A stretch of DNA of 64,000 nt from NCBI GenBank assembly GCA_963834385.1, contig CAWIBO010000005.1, positions 32,001-96,000 of the forward strand, read 5' to 3'. This document shows positions 12,891-23,554 of the stretch, in pieces. This DNA comes from an uncultured Verrucomicrobiae bacterium (GTDB taxonomy: Bacteria; Verrucomicrobiota; Verrucomicrobiia; Chthoniobacterales; UBA10450). The stretch's first letter is position 1. Every line of letters starts with the position of its first letter. The position numbers were made by a program, and so were the translations under genes. The notes under the pieces were generated by a model that was not told the origin of the DNA, searched no databases, and saw only the letters and a program-made list of their open reading frames with translations.

Positions 12891-13334
12891 ATGACAGAAA
12901 GCAAACAGGGCGGAAAATTGGACAAGCTTATCGAGAGCCTGAACGGTGACCTGGCCCGCGAATACCAGGCCATCATCACCTATATTCAATACGCGGCCTC
13001 CGTCACCGGCCCCTACCGGCAGGAACTGAAACAGTTTTTCACCGCCGAGATACCGGACGAGACGATGCACGCGCAATTTCTGGCCGACAAGATTTCGGCC
13101 CTGGGCGGCGTGCCCGCGGTGGCGCCGGAGAAGGTGGAGCAGGAGACCGACACCAAGAAGATGTTGGAGAACGTGGCGAAAGCCGAGCGCGCGGCGCGGG
13201 ACAACTATTCCCGGCGCGCGGAAGAGGCCAAGGAAGCCGGCGAACTCGCCCTCGGCACCCGCCTCGAGTCGATGGCCGAGGACGAATCGGGGCACCTCGA
13301 CGAGACGTTGAAGATCCTGCACGGCTGGCGTTAG
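12891..13334 (+). CDS. Ferritin-like / bacterioferritin-type protein
   Basis: E-YQAIITY, DETMHA and DESGH di-iron motifs. Confidence 0.8.
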   Translation: MTESKQGGKLDKLIESLNGDLAREYQAIITYIQYAASVTGPYRQELKQFFTAEIPDETMHAQFLADKISALGGVPAVAPEKVEQETDTKKMLENVAKAERAARDNYSRRAEEAKEAGELALGTRLESMAEDESGHLDETLKILHGWR

Positions 13335-13351
13335 ACAGACCCGCGGGAAAC

Positions 13352-13816
13352 ATGCCCGGGTTCCGCATTTCCGAGGTCAATCACACCGGGATCACGGTCT
13401 CCAATCTCGAGCGTGCGCTCGCTTTCTGGCGGGATGTGCTCGGGTTCGAGCTTTCGCATCGGCCGCACCAGACCGGATCGCTGGCGAGTGAGATCACCGG
13501 TGTGCCAGGGGCGGAGATTGCCATCGCGGTTCTGAAGGGCGGCGGACACCGGATCGAGTTGCTCGAATATCTCGCCCCGCCGGAGCGGAAGCATTACCGA
13601 CCCCGCCCATGCGATGTCGGCTCGGTCCATGTCGCCCTCGTGGTGGACAATCTCGACGCCCTCCTGGCCACCATCGCCGCCGCCGGCTGGCAGGCCGCGG
13701 GGCAACCCCAAACCCTGGCGGCCGGGCCCAACGCCGGGCGGCGGGTCGTCTATGTGCGCGACCCCGACGGGACCACGATCGAATTCATGGAGCTGCCGCC
13801 CGAGCCGACGGATTGA
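13352..13816 (+). CDS. VOC/glyoxalase family protein
   Basis: HTGITVSNLERALAFWRDVLG, IELLEY, YVRDPDGTTIEF. Confidence 0.88.
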   Translation: MPGFRISEVNHTGITVSNLERALAFWRDVLGFELSHRPHQTGSLASEITGVPGAEIAIAVLKGGGHRIELLEYLAPPERKHYRPRPCDVGSVHVALVVDNLDALLATIAAAGWQAAGQPQTLAAGPNAGRRVVYVRDPDGTTIEFMELPPEPTD

Positions 13817-13870
13817 TGTTCCGCCGGCGGCGGATTGTTTCTTTCCTCCGTTCCTGATTCATTCTTCTCC

Positions 13871-15151
13871 ATGGCTGCGCCGCTCACCGATTCGTTTTCC
13901 GCCGAGGAAGAGTTCGCCCGGGAACAGGATCGCGTGGATCCGCTCCGCGCTTTCCGCGAACGTTTCCATCTGCCGTCGGGCGAGAATGGCCAGCCGCTGA
14001 TTTATTTCGTCGGCAATTCCCTCGGGCTGATGCCGAAAACGACGCGGGCCGAGGTGGAACAGGAACTGGAGGATTGGGCCAGGCTCGGGGTCGACGGTCA
14101 TCTGCAGGCGACCACGCCCTGGTATTCCTCGCACGAGACGGTCCGGGAGCCGCTGGCCCGGCTGGCGGGCGCGAAGCCGGCGGAGGTCGTGGCCATGAAC
14201 ACGCTCACGGTCAATCTCCACCTGCTCATGGCCACGTTTTACCGGCCAACGAAAGAGCGCTGGAAGATCCTGATGGAGGAGCCGGCGTTCCCTTCCGACA
14301 CCTACGCGGTCAAATCGCAACTGCGGCATCACGGTTTTGATGAGGAGACCGGCGTGGTCATTGCGCGGTCGGAAGGGGGACAAATTGAGACCGGCGTGTT
14401 CGAGGAGTTGCTGGAACGGCAGGGATCCGAGATCGCGCTTGTTCTGCTGGGAGGCGTCAATTTTTTCACGGGACAATTCTTCGACGTCCCGCGGATCACG
14501 GCAGCGGCCCAACGGCAGGGCTGCGTCGTGGGCGTGGACCTGGCCCACGCCATCGGCAACGTCCCGCTGGCGTTGCACGATTGGAACGTCGATTTCGCCG
14601 CCTGGTGTTCCTACAAGTATCTCAACTCGGGGCCGGGCGCGGTGGCGGGCGCCTTCATCCACGAACGGCATGCGACCAACCGCGAGCTGCCCCGGCTGGC
14701 CGGCTGGTGGGGGAACGACCCGGCGACGCGGTTTCGCATGCAGCTCGAGCCGGAATTCATCCCGGTCGCCTCGGCTGACGCCTGGGCCGTGAGCAATCCG
14801 CCGATCTTCTCGCTCGCGCCCCTGCGTTCCTCCCTGGCCATCTTCGATGCAGCCGGGGGGATGAAAGCGCTCCGCGAAAAATCGGAGAAGCTGACCGGCT
14901 ACCTTCAGTTCCTGCTCGAGCAGGGAGGGGCGACGAATTACGAGGTGATCACGCCGCGCGCGGCAGAGGCGCGCGGGGCCCAGCTCTCCATCGTGGCCCG
15001 GGAACGGCCGCGCGAGTTGTTCGAGGAACTGGAACGAGCCGGGGTCCGCTGCGATTTTCGCGAGCCAAACGTGATCCGGGTGGCGCCCGCGCCGCTCTAC
15101 AACACCTTTCACGAGGTCTGGCGTTTCGCCCGGATCCTCGCCCAACACTGA
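13871..15151 (+). CDS. kynU: Kynureninase
   Basis: YFVGNSLGLMP, MNTLTVNLH, DLAHAIGN, WCSYKYLNSGPG. Confidence 0.95.
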   Translation: MAAPLTDSFSAEEEFAREQDRVDPLRAFRERFHLPSGENGQPLIYFVGNSLGLMPKTTRAEVEQELEDWARLGVDGHLQATTPWYSSHETVREPLARLAGAKPAEVVAMNTLTVNLHLLMATFYRPTKERWKILMEEPAFPSDTYAVKSQLRHHGFDEETGVVIARSEGGQIETGVFEELLERQGSEIALVLLGGVNFFTGQFFDVPRITAAAQRQGCVVGVDLAHAIGNVPLALHDWNVDFAAWCSYKYLNSGPGAVAGAFIHERHATNRELPRLAGWWGNDPATRFRMQLEPEFIPVASADAWAVSNPPIFSLAPLRSSLAIFDAAGGMKALREKSEKLTGYLQFLLEQGGATNYEVITPRAAEARGAQLSIVARERPRELFEELERAGVRCDFREPNVIRVAPAPLYNTFHEVWRFARILAQH

Positions 15152-15158
15152 AAAACCT

Positions 15159-15692
15159 TCAGCGCGGACGGCAAAGCTTGTCGGCCAGCTTCTCGGCTTT
15201 CTCGTTGCCTTCCCTGGCGGAGAGGCTTCCCACCACGCGTGAACCGGCGCCGTCGAGCTTGATGATGATAAAGGTTTCCAGCCGCGTTTGCTTGGCGTCA
15301 TCCGCGCTCGACATCATCCGGTAGATGATCCCGTAGGGGGCAAAACCGGTGGCGGTGCGATAGCCGCGCCATTGCACCACGTTGTTCGCTTTCGCCGGGA
15401 ACTGGCCGGGGCAGCGCGAGAGCGTGTCACTCATCAGGTCGGTCTTTTTTCGTGCGTAAACGAGGTTGATCCAGCTCCGGAGATCGCCGCCCTCGTGGAT
15501 CACTTTGTAGCCGCCGAGCCCGGGAAAATGATGTTCGAACCCATCAATCTCGGCCTCGGGATCCTTCGCGGAATCGTAGACCACCTTTGCCTTCTTCGGA
15601 TCGGTGGTGGTGAACTCGGAGGCCGGTTTCTGGGCCAGGGAGACCACGGCGGAAAGCAGGACAAGCACGCTGGTGGAGAGGAACGGCTTCAT
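15159..15692 (-). CDS. Secreted hypothetical protein
   Basis: Signal-peptide-like N-terminus, 177 aa ORF. Confidence 0.6.
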   Translation of the reverse strand: MKPFLSTSVLVLLSAVVSLAQKPASEFTTTDPKKAKVVYDSAKDPEAEIDGFEHHFPGLGGYKVIHEGGDLRSWINLVYARKKTDLMSDTLSRCPGQFPAKANNVVQWRGYRTATGFAPYGIIYRMMSSADDAKQTRLETFIIIKLDGAGSRVVGSLSAREGNEKAEKLADKLCRPR

Positions 15693-15746
15693 GCCGGTGA
15701 TGTTCCCGGTTTACAAGGCCCGCGGCAATGCTCATCGTGCGGAATC

Positions 15747-16707
15747 GTGGTCACCGGTCGCTTCCTCTCTCTCGGCCTGCTCTTCCTTCTCGGTTTGGGC
15801 GGGGCGAACATGGTCCGGGCCGAGCGCGCCTGGGAAACGTTCGAGAATTGCGCCCTGGACCGGAACGATTCCAACGATGGCGACAGCTTCCACGTGGTCT
15901 GCGGAAAGAAGCGGCTTTATCTCCGCCTTTATTTTGTGGACTCGCCGGAAACCGACGGACGGTATCCCGACCGCGTCGCGGAGCAGGCCAGGGAGTTTGG
16001 TGTCACCTCGGCGGAAGCGATGGAGATCGGGAAGGCGGCCACGATGTTTACCCGGGAAAAACTCGGCGGGCCGTTCCGGGTCATCACTCGATTCGAGAAC
16101 GCGAAGGGGGGAAGCGATGATCGGCGGTCCTTTGCCTTTGTCCTGGGACCGTCGTGGGATCTGGCGGAGGAGCTCGTCGCGAACGGTCTCGCCCGGGTAT
16201 ACGGGAAGGAATCGGAAGCGCCGGGCATGCCGAGCACGCGCGCCTATTGGGCGAAAGCTGGAGCGGATAAGGAACTCAGCACGCGCGCAGAAACTCGGTG
16301 GCTGGGGGATCAAAAGCGGCCGGCTGGCGACGCGGGCCGGCGGTCGCGAACAATTTGATGGCGACGCTTTCGCCAATTTCTTTCGGCCGTCCGCGCGCGC
16401 CACGGGGACGGTCGCAGCCACGCCGGCCGCGGTCATGCAGCCGCGCACGAGCATTGCCGGGATCGGAAATGGCACCTCGGCACCGGCCTCCGCCGGCGAG
16501 ACGGGCCATGCGGCCGCGCCCTCGTCCGGTGGGCGGTTGAATCTGAACACCGCCACGGAGAAGGAGCTGGAAGCGTTGCCGGGCATCGGGCCGGAGCTCG
16601 CCAAAAGGATCGTGGCCGGCCGGCCCTATCGCCGGGTCGAGGAGCTGGGTCGCGTCAAGGGGATCGGCGTGGAGAGGGTGGAAAAGCTCCGCCCGTATTT
16701 CGAGTAG
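15747..16707 (+). CDS. Thermonuclease (SNase-like) domain plus C-terminal ComEA helix-hairpin-helix (frameshift near 16258)
   Basis: NDGDSF, RLYFVDSPE, ELVANGLARVY; LNLNTATEKELEALPGIGPELAKRI...VKGIG. Confidence 0.78.
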
Positions 16708-16710
16708 GCC

Positions 16711-17715
16711 TTAGAAGATCGTGACGGGGGTGTTCACCGTCACCATCTCCTTGATCCGCGCGGCGTCCCAGTTGGCCGTGCGAATGCAACCGTGGCTCCC
16801 GGCGCGCCCGATCGTTTCCGGGTTGTTCGTCCCATGCACGCCGATGCCCGGTTTGTTCAGGCCCATCCAGAGCACACCCACCGGGTTGTTCGGCCCTGGC
16901 GGGATGTTGTGAAAATCCTTGGTGCGCACGCCGTGATTGAGCACGCCCTCGTCGTGCCGGAACCAGGGGAGGGTGGCGATGCCGAGAATCTTCCATTCGC
17001 CCTTGGGCGCCGGTAATGATTCCGAGCCGGGCGTGATCGGAAATTCCGCGATCAATTTGTCGCCTTCATGAATCTCGAGGAAGCGCTCCGTGGTATCGAT
17101 CCGGATGGAGCGGCCGGCCAGCGCGGGATTGGCGGGAATGAATCCCTCGGTCAGCTTCTCGATCTCGAACGGGCGCACATTTGGGACAATGACGGTGTCG
17201 CCGGGCTTGAGCGCGTCGAGGTTCGACTGCCCGTTCAGCTTGCGCAGAAAGTTCTCCGCAGCGTGGAACCGCTCGGCCGTGTACTCGAGCAGGGAGCCGT
17301 AGGGCAGGGCCTTGAGCTTTGCCTGTTCGCTCGGCTCGCCGGGCGAAGGCCCGACAAACTGGAGCGCTTCCTCCGGGATGACGAACTGTACGTAGGCGTG
17401 CGGCACTTCGCGGAGCAACTCCTGGTCGACCGCGCCGGTGAGCGGTTTCCCATGGGCGCGCTTGTAGGCGACGAGCGCTTTCCGGAAAAACTCGCCCATG
17501 CGGCCGTCGATCTTGCCCGGGCCGAAGCCGGCGTTATCGAGAAAGATCTGGAGCCGCACACTGGTTTCCTCGTCGTAATTCGGCAGGGCCACCAGGACCC
17601 GCGGGGTCGGGCGCGGGGTTGGCGCCACGGGCGCCAGCGGCACGGCCCGCCGGATTTCCTGCGCTCCCGCGCCGGTCGCGAGGAGCAGAAGCAGGGCGAA
17701 CGCAAGGCGGTACAT
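16711..17715 (-). CDS. L,D-transpeptidase family protein
   Basis: PGPNNPVG, GVHGT...SHGCIR YkuD motif; signal peptide. Confidence 0.9.
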   Translation of the reverse strand: MYRLAFALLLLLATGAGAQEIRRAVPLAPVAPTPRPTPRVLVALPNYDEETSVRLQIFLDNAGFGPGKIDGRMGEFFRKALVAYKRAHGKPLTGAVDQELLREVPHAYVQFVIPEEALQFVGPSPGEPSEQAKLKALPYGSLLEYTAERFHAAENFLRKLNGQSNLDALKPGDTVIVPNVRPFEIEKLTEGFIPANPALAGRSIRIDTTERFLEIHEGDKLIAEFPITPGSESLPAPKGEWKILGIATLPWFRHDEGVLNHGVRTKDFHNIPPGPNNPVGVLWMGLNKPGIGVHGTNNPETIGRAGSHGCIRTANWDAARIKEMVTVNTPVTIF

Positions 17716-17809
17716 CCACTTTCATCCACTGCCCGGGCGCGATGTGCAAATGCGCTGATCAAAAGTTGGGCCTGACTTCGGCGGCCGGACTCTGTTTAGT
17801 CGCGGGGAG

Positions 17810-18562
17810 ATGGCCCTGAGCACAGACAGCATTCTCGACGCCGCGGTGGGCATGATCCGGCGGCTGGCGCCCGGGCTCCGGGGCGATTTTCTCGATGTCG
17901 GGGCCGGGCACGGACGCCTGATCGAACGGGTGCGTGGGGAGTTCCCGGTCACGGCGCGGGCCTGCGATTACCGGGCGGACCTGATCACGCGCAAGGGCCT
18001 GGGCGAGGGGATCACGGTGGACGTGGTCAACCTGAACGAGAACAGGCTGCCTTATCCCGACGCTTCCTTCGACCTGGTCACCTGCACCGAGGTGATCGAG
18101 CATCTCGAGCAGTATCGCGGGCTCCTGCGCGAGGCTTTCCGGATCCTGAAACCGGGCGGGGTGTTCGTCCTGACCACGCCCAACATCCTCAACCTGAAAT
18201 CGCGCCTGCGCTTTCTTGGCTTCGGTTTCTTCAATCTCTTTGGACCGCTCCGCTTCGACGACGACGATATCGAGAACCCGAGCGGGCACATCAATCCGGT
18301 GGGTTATTTTTACATCGCGCACGCGCTCCGGAACGCCGGGTTCCGGACGATCCGGGCCGGGATCGACCGCCGCCAGCGCCTTTCCCTGGTGGCGCTGATA
18401 ATTCTCTGGCTGCCGCTGCGCCTGGTTTATCACGCCGCCCTGGCCAAGGAACGCCACCAATACCGCACCCTCACGCCGGAAAACCAGCCCTACGTCGAGG
18501 AAGCCAACAGCACCGACCTGCTCCTCGGACGAACCCTCGTGGTCGGCTGCCGCAAGGAATAA
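17810..18562 (+). CDS. Class I SAM-dependent methyltransferase
   Basis: LDVGAGHG, LPYPDASFDLVTCTEVIEHL, LKPGG. Confidence 0.88.
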   Translation: MALSTDSILDAAVGMIRRLAPGLRGDFLDVGAGHGRLIERVRGEFPVTARACDYRADLITRKGLGEGITVDVVNLNENRLPYPDASFDLVTCTEVIEHLEQYRGLLREAFRILKPGGVFVLTTPNILNLKSRLRFLGFGFFNLFGPLRFDDDDIENPSGHINPVGYFYIAHALRNAGFRTIRAGIDRRQRLSLVALIILWLPLRLVYHAALAKERHQYRTLTPENQPYVEEANSTDLLLGRTLVVGCRKE

Positions 18563-18582
18563 CGGCGTGGAGGGTGGTGTTT

Positions 18583-18871
18583 GGGACAGGATTAACAGGA
18601 TTTACAGGATGGATGGAGGAACAGCATCACCCTTCGAATCCTGTCAAATCCTGGTTCCTCCTCTGCGCCCTCAGCGTCTCTGCGGTGAACCTGCGGCCCG
18701 GCCTGCTCCCAGGCTCGACAGAGTCTCGCCCCACCGATATGCGCGCACCCCTGCCTTTCTCCTCAAATCCTGTTCAATCCTGTAAATCCTGTCCCCCCTC
18801 TGTGTCCTCTGCGCCCTCTGTGGTTAATTTCACCGGCCCGGCCTGCTCCCAGGCTCGACAGAGTCTCGCCC
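18583..18871. repeat. Composite intergenic repeat: inverted acaggat 9-mer runs plus 38-bp direct repeat (REP-like)
   Basis: acaggattaacaggatttacaggat versus atcctgttcaatcctgtaaatcctgt; cggcccggcctgctcccaggctcgacagagtctcgccc at 18694-18731 and 18834-18871. Confidence 0.75.
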
Positions 18872-18920
18872 GACCTTTCTTCCCTTTGCCTTTGCCGCGG
18901 AATTCCCTGAAATTGCCGGC

Positions 18921-19589
18921 ATGCTTACCTTCGGACTCACCCGAGACGCGGCCCAGGCGAAGCGGGACAATGTTCTCCTGGTCGATCATCCGCTGGCGGC
19001 GGCAAAGCTTACCGTGCTCCGTTCCAAGTGGACGGAGCCGCGGGAATTCCGGCGGAACCTGCACGAGCTGGCGCTGATCCTTTTCTGGGAAGCAACCCGG
19101 TCGTGGGCGGTTAACCCGGTGGAAGTGCAAACGCCGTTGCGCGAATGCAGCGGCTCCGTTCTCCAGCGCGAAGTGGTCCTTGTTCCCATTCTCCGCGCCG
19201 GCCTTGGCATGCTCGACGGCATCACCCGCGTGGTCTGCGACGCCACCATCGGACATCTCGGGATTTATCGCGACGAAATCACGCTCAAACCGGTCAGCTA
19301 TTTCACCCGCCTGCCGGAATCGCTCGCGGACGCCGAGGTGGTGCTGCTCGACCCGATGCTGGCCACCGGCAACAGCGCGGTGGCGGCGGTGGAATCACTC
19401 AAGGTGCGCGGGGCGCAGTCGATCCAGCTTCTTTCCGTCGTGAGCTGCGGGCCGGGCCTCGACCAGTTGCATGACACCCATCCCGACGTCCGGGTGGTGA
19501 CGTCGGCGATTGATCCCGAGCTGGACGACCGTGGATACATCGTGCCGGGCCTCGGCGATGCGGGCGACCGTTACTTCGGCGTGGTCTGA
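18921..19589 (+). CDS. upp: Uracil phosphoribosyltransferase
   Basis: VPILRAGLGM, LDPMLATGNS, YIVPGLGDAGDRYFG. Confidence 0.96.
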   Translation: MLTFGLTRDAAQAKRDNVLLVDHPLAAAKLTVLRSKWTEPREFRRNLHELALILFWEATRSWAVNPVEVQTPLRECSGSVLQREVVLVPILRAGLGMLDGITRVVCDATIGHLGIYRDEITLKPVSYFTRLPESLADAEVVLLDPMLATGNSAVAAVESLKVRGAQSIQLLSVVSCGPGLDQLHDTHPDVRVVTSAIDPELDDRGYIVPGLGDAGDRYFGVV

Positions 19590-20140
19590 TGACGGGGCTT
19601 CGCGTTCTTCTTATCGTCGTCTGCCTGGCCGGCCTGGCCGTTCCCGCTCAGGCCAAGGATGAGAAATCCATTGCCGGGTTCACCAAGGCCATGCTGGAGA
19701 TGGCGCCCGGGATTGATCCCGCGGAGGCCGCGCAGGTTTCGCTGATCTCGCACCGCGAATCGCGCCGGCTGGCGAAGGAATACCGGGTGGTCGGCCCTTC
19801 CGTTTTCCAGAATTTTCTCATCCACGTCGGCGCCCGTAAGAAAGGTTTCTGTTTCCACTGGGCCCGCGACATCGGCGCCAAACTGCGCGAGCTGCCGCTG
19901 GAGACCCTCGAGCTGCACTGGGGGGCGGCCGATGCCGGGACCCGCCTCGAGCATAACGTCGTCATCGTCACCGCGCGCGGCCAGAGCATCTACCAGGGTT
20001 ACGTGATTGATGGCTGGCGCAACGCCGGCCGCCTCTGCTGGTGGCCGGTCTGGAAGGATCGGTTCCGCTGGAAGGAAGACCGGGCCGAGACCGCCTGGTT
20101 GCAGAAGAGCGGTCCGATTCCCGCGACCGCGGCGCGCTGA
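19589..20140 (+). CDS. Secreted hypothetical protein
   Basis: Signal peptide; GFCFHWA..EHNVV..DGWR pattern (possible Cys-His-Asp triad). Confidence 0.6.
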   Translation: MTGLRVLLIVVCLAGLAVPAQAKDEKSIAGFTKAMLEMAPGIDPAEAAQVSLISHRESRRLAKEYRVVGPSVFQNFLIHVGARKKGFCFHWARDIGAKLRELPLETLELHWGAADAGTRLEHNVVIVTARGQSIYQGYVIDGWRNAGRLCWWPVWKDRFRWKEDRAETAWLQKSGPIPATAAR

Positions 20141-20190
20141 TCCCGCTTTCCGGGCTTGCCTTGCCCGCCCCGGGCCGTTGAAATCGCGGC

Positions 20191-21152
20191 CATGGCCGAC
20201 GAACGCCCGCGCATCCAGATTTTCGAGCCTTTCGGGGAGGCCTTTACGCTGACGAAGCGGATGCTTTTCCAGCCGTTCGATCTCACGAAATGGCTCGTGG
20301 TCGGTTTTGCGGCTTTCCTTGCAAGTTTTCTCGGCGGGCTTGGCGGCGGGGTGAATTTCAAGCGTTCCCGACCTCGATCACCCGGAGATCCGGGCGCGCA
20401 CCGAGAATTTTACCCTGCCCGACGTGCAGGAATGGCTGCCCTGGCTCCTGGTGGCTTTCGTCGTCGGCCTGATCATCCTCGCCGTCCTCGTGACACTCTG
20501 GTGGCTGGGCTCGCGCGGGCAGTTCATTTTCATCGATTGTGTGGTGAAAAATCGCGGCGCCATCCAGGAGCCGTGGCGCGAGTTCAAAACGGAGGGGAAC
20601 AGCTTCTTCCTCTTTCTCCTCGGTCTGATCGGGGTGAGCCTCGTGGCCGCCCTGATGTTTCTCGGGCCGATGATTTTCCTGCTCGTCCGTTTCGTGAAGG
20701 ACAATCCCCTGGTCTGGATTCCGGCCGGGCTGTTGATCCTTCTTTTCCTGCTTTATTGCTTCGCGGTTTTTGTCCTGACGCAGTTCATGACGCCCATCAT
20801 GTACCGGCAGCGGTGCCGTGCCATGACCGCTTTGCGCGAGAACATCGCCCTCGTCTTCCGCCACCCGGGGACGATTCTCCTCTACTGGCTTTTCCTGATG
20901 GTCCTGAGCATCGCCGCCACCATGCTCATTTGCGCCCTGACCTGCCTGACCTGCTGTGTCGCCGCCATTCCCTACATCGGCACGGTTTTGCTCCTGCCGA
21001 TTCACGTTTTTTTCCGGGCCTACCATCTTCTCTTCCTGCGGCAGTTCGGCCCGCAGTTTGACGTCTGGGCCGGGCTCACGCCGCTGCCCGCGCCCGCCCC
21101 GTGGCTCCGGCCCCGCCGACCGACCAGGCGCCGCCTCCGCTCCCGGCCTGAC
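20191..21152 (+). CDS. Multi-pass membrane protein (frameshifted; end approximate)
   Basis: Hydrophobic segments continuous across the 20156 and 20424 ORF frames. Confidence 0.55.
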
Positions 21153-21157
21153 CCGGT

Positions 21158-23551
21158 TCAGCCCGCGGTGGTCGCCCAGAATGCCCGGAAAGCGTTCGGC
21201 CAGCTGCGGTCCACCACTTTTTGCCGCGCCCGCGCCGCCATCTCCCGGCGCCGTGCCGGGTCTTCTGCGAGGGTCCGGATGGCCCGGGCGAAATCGTCCG
21301 CGTCGTGCGCTTTCGTGACGAGCCCGTCCACGCCGTTTTCCACCAGTTCTTTCGGCCCGCCGAGGTCGGAGACAACCGCCGGGAGACCCGAAGCCTGCGC
21401 TTCGAGGATGACGTTGCCGAAGGTGTCGGTGGTGCTGGGAAAGACGAAGATGTCGGCCGAGGCGTAGGCGGTGGCCAGTTTGTCGCCGGTAAGGTAGCCG
21501 GTGAAAATCGCGCCGGGCAGTTGCTGGCTGAGTTCCTGCCGGAACGGGCCGTCCCCCACGAAAAGAAGCGTCGCTTCCAGGCCGCCCGCCTGCAGTTTTT
21601 CGAACGCCTCCGCGAGGATGGCGAGATCTTTCTCCCGCGAGATCCGGCCGACATAGAGGAGCCGGATTCCCGGGGCCTTTTTCCAGAACCCGGGATCGCG
21701 CCGGTCGGGATGGAAAAGCTCCGTGTCGATGCCGCGCGGCAGGATCTTCAATTTTTCCGGGGCAAAACCGCGCTGGACCCAGCTTCGGCGGTATTGCTCG
21801 GAATTGACGTAAACGATATCGAACTGCCCGTAGAACCAGCGCATGTAGGTCCAGGCCAGGCTTTCCAGGAAACTGTCCTCGGTCAGGATGCGGATATACT
21901 CGGGGAAATCGGTGTGATAGATGCCGCTGCTCCGCAGGTTCAACATCCGGGCCGCGAGCGCGCCGGTCAGGCCGACCGGCCCGGGGGTGCTGATGATGAT
22001 TTCGGTGAAGCCCTCGCGCTGGACGTAATCGAGGATCTGGAGAATCGGCGGGAAACTGAGCTTTTGCAGTTCGTACTCCGGGAGCTCGAACTCGCCGATC
22101 GGGCGGAAATTTTTCAACGGGATGTCGGTAATGCCGATTTCCTTGCGTGACGTGACGACGACGAGGGTTTCGCCGGCGGCGGCGCCTTCGGCGGTCATCT
22201 TGCGGATGGTGGTGGCGACACCGTTCACGTCGTCGAGCGTGTCCGTGAACCAGGCGCGCTTATGGTTTTGCAGCGAGGCGGGGATTTTTCCGGAAAGAGC
22301 CGTGCAGATTTCCCGGAGCCAGCGGCGCGAGGGGGCCTGGCTGTGAAAGCCGTAGATGTAAGGGGCGAGGATGACCAGGATCGGGACCACGCCACTGAGG
22401 GCCTGGATGGCCTCGAGCAGGTTGCCGCTGCGGATCTGGATGATGAACTTCTCGAAGAGGCGAAAGGCGAACTGCTCGCTTACGAGGTTGGCCATGAGAA
22501 AGGCGCGGCGCTCCTGTTCGGGAATGGCTTTGACCTCCCGCGCCAGCATCCGCTTCGTCTCCACGCGGGCGAAGTAACCGGAAAGCTCTTTCCAAAGGGA
22601 GACGTTGGCCGGTTTGGCCAGCTCAAAAAGTTTTCCGGAGAGAATGCCCTCGGCGACGAAGGAAGCCTTCTCGCGCAGGCTGAACTCCGTCGGGTCGCGC
22701 CCTTCCATGAACCGGGAAAACATCTGGCTGACGAGGTTCGCTCCCGGGCCCATCTGGCTGGTGAAGCGTGCCTCGATGAAGAGGGAAAGCGTCTTGTAAA
22801 AGCCGTGGGCCAGGGCGACGGGAGTGCCTCCCTCGCCGCGGATTTCGCAGTCCCCCCGCTGGACGGCGGCCAGGAAATCGGCGGGCCGCGTGGCCGGGCC
22901 GGCGGTTTCCGTGAAGGCGGAGGCGAGGAAAACGCCGCCATGGTCGTCCGAGCCGGCGGTGAAGATTTTTCGCCACGGCTCCGGGTGGGTCGGGGCGAAC
23001 CCGTGGCGATTTGCCATTTCCTCGATCTTTTTCTCCGTCAGACCGCCGAGCAGGTCACGGGCGATCTCGCTCAGGAGGGCGTCGCGCAGTCCGTTCAGTC
23101 CCTCGAAATGCTTGAAGAGCAGGATCAGCTTCTCGAGGTGGGCCGCTTCCAGCTTGCCGTTGATGCTGTAGAGGGGATGGGCCACGGCGTGCACGATCCC
23201 TTCCGTCTGCAGATACCCCTGGAGATCGAAGATGTTCTCGCGCAGGCGCGCGATCTCGTTGTGCTGCCCTTCCGTGATCCCCCAGGCAAGGAGGTTGATC
23301 TTGCAGGGGTCCTGCGGGAAAAACGTCGTGATCTGCTCGCTCAGGAAGGTGTCGGGATGTTCTTCCAGACGCAGGCAGCCCTCGATCGAGTCGTGGTCGG
23401 TGATGGTGACGAAATCCATTCCCCGTTCCTTGAGCCGGGCATGGATCTCGGCCGGATCGGTGAAGCTGTCGGGGAAATCGAACCGGCGGAAGAGCCACTC
23501 CTCCGAGCGGGCGCTGTAGCGGGAATGGACCTGGAGATCGCAACGGCTCAT
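21158..23551 (-). CDS. PHP-domain / GT4 glycosyltransferase fusion
   Basis: N-terminal DLQVHS, TITDHD, AHP, GSDDH; C-terminal YVGRISREK, DTFGNVILEAQASGLP. Confidence 0.88.
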   Translation of the reverse strand: MSRCDLQVHSRYSARSEEWLFRRFDFPDSFTDPAEIHARLKERGMDFVTITDHDSIEGCLRLEEHPDTFLSEQITTFFPQDPCKINLLAWGITEGQHNEIARLRENIFDLQGYLQTEGIVHAVAHPLYSINGKLEAAHLEKLILLFKHFEGLNGLRDALLSEIARDLLGGLTEKKIEEMANRHGFAPTHPEPWRKIFTAGSDDHGGVFLASAFTETAGPATRPADFLAAVQRGDCEIRGEGGTPVALAHGFYKTLSLFIEARFTSQMGPGANLVSQMFSRFMEGRDPTEFSLREKASFVAEGILSGKLFELAKPANVSLWKELSGYFARVETKRMLAREVKAIPEQERRAFLMANLVSEQFAFRLFEKFIIQIRSGNLLEAIQALSGVVPILVILAPYIYGFHSQAPSRRWLREICTALSGKIPASLQNHKRAWFTDTLDDVNGVATTIRKMTAEGAAAGETLVVVTSRKEIGITDIPLKNFRPIGEFELPEYELQKLSFPPILQILDYVQREGFTEIIISTPGPVGLTGALAARMLNLRSSGIYHTDFPEYIRILTEDSFLESLAWTYMRWFYGQFDIVYVNSEQYRRSWVQRGFAPEKLKILPRGIDTELFHPDRRDPGFWKKAPGIRLLYVGRISREKDLAILAEAFEKLQAGGLEATLLFVGDGPFRQELSQQLPGAIFTGYLTGDKLATAYASADIFVFPSTTDTFGNVILEAQASGLPAVVSDLGGPKELVENGVDGLVTKAHDADDFARAIRTLAEDPARRREMAARARQKVVDRSWPNAFRAFWATTAG

Positions 23552-23554
23552 GGC

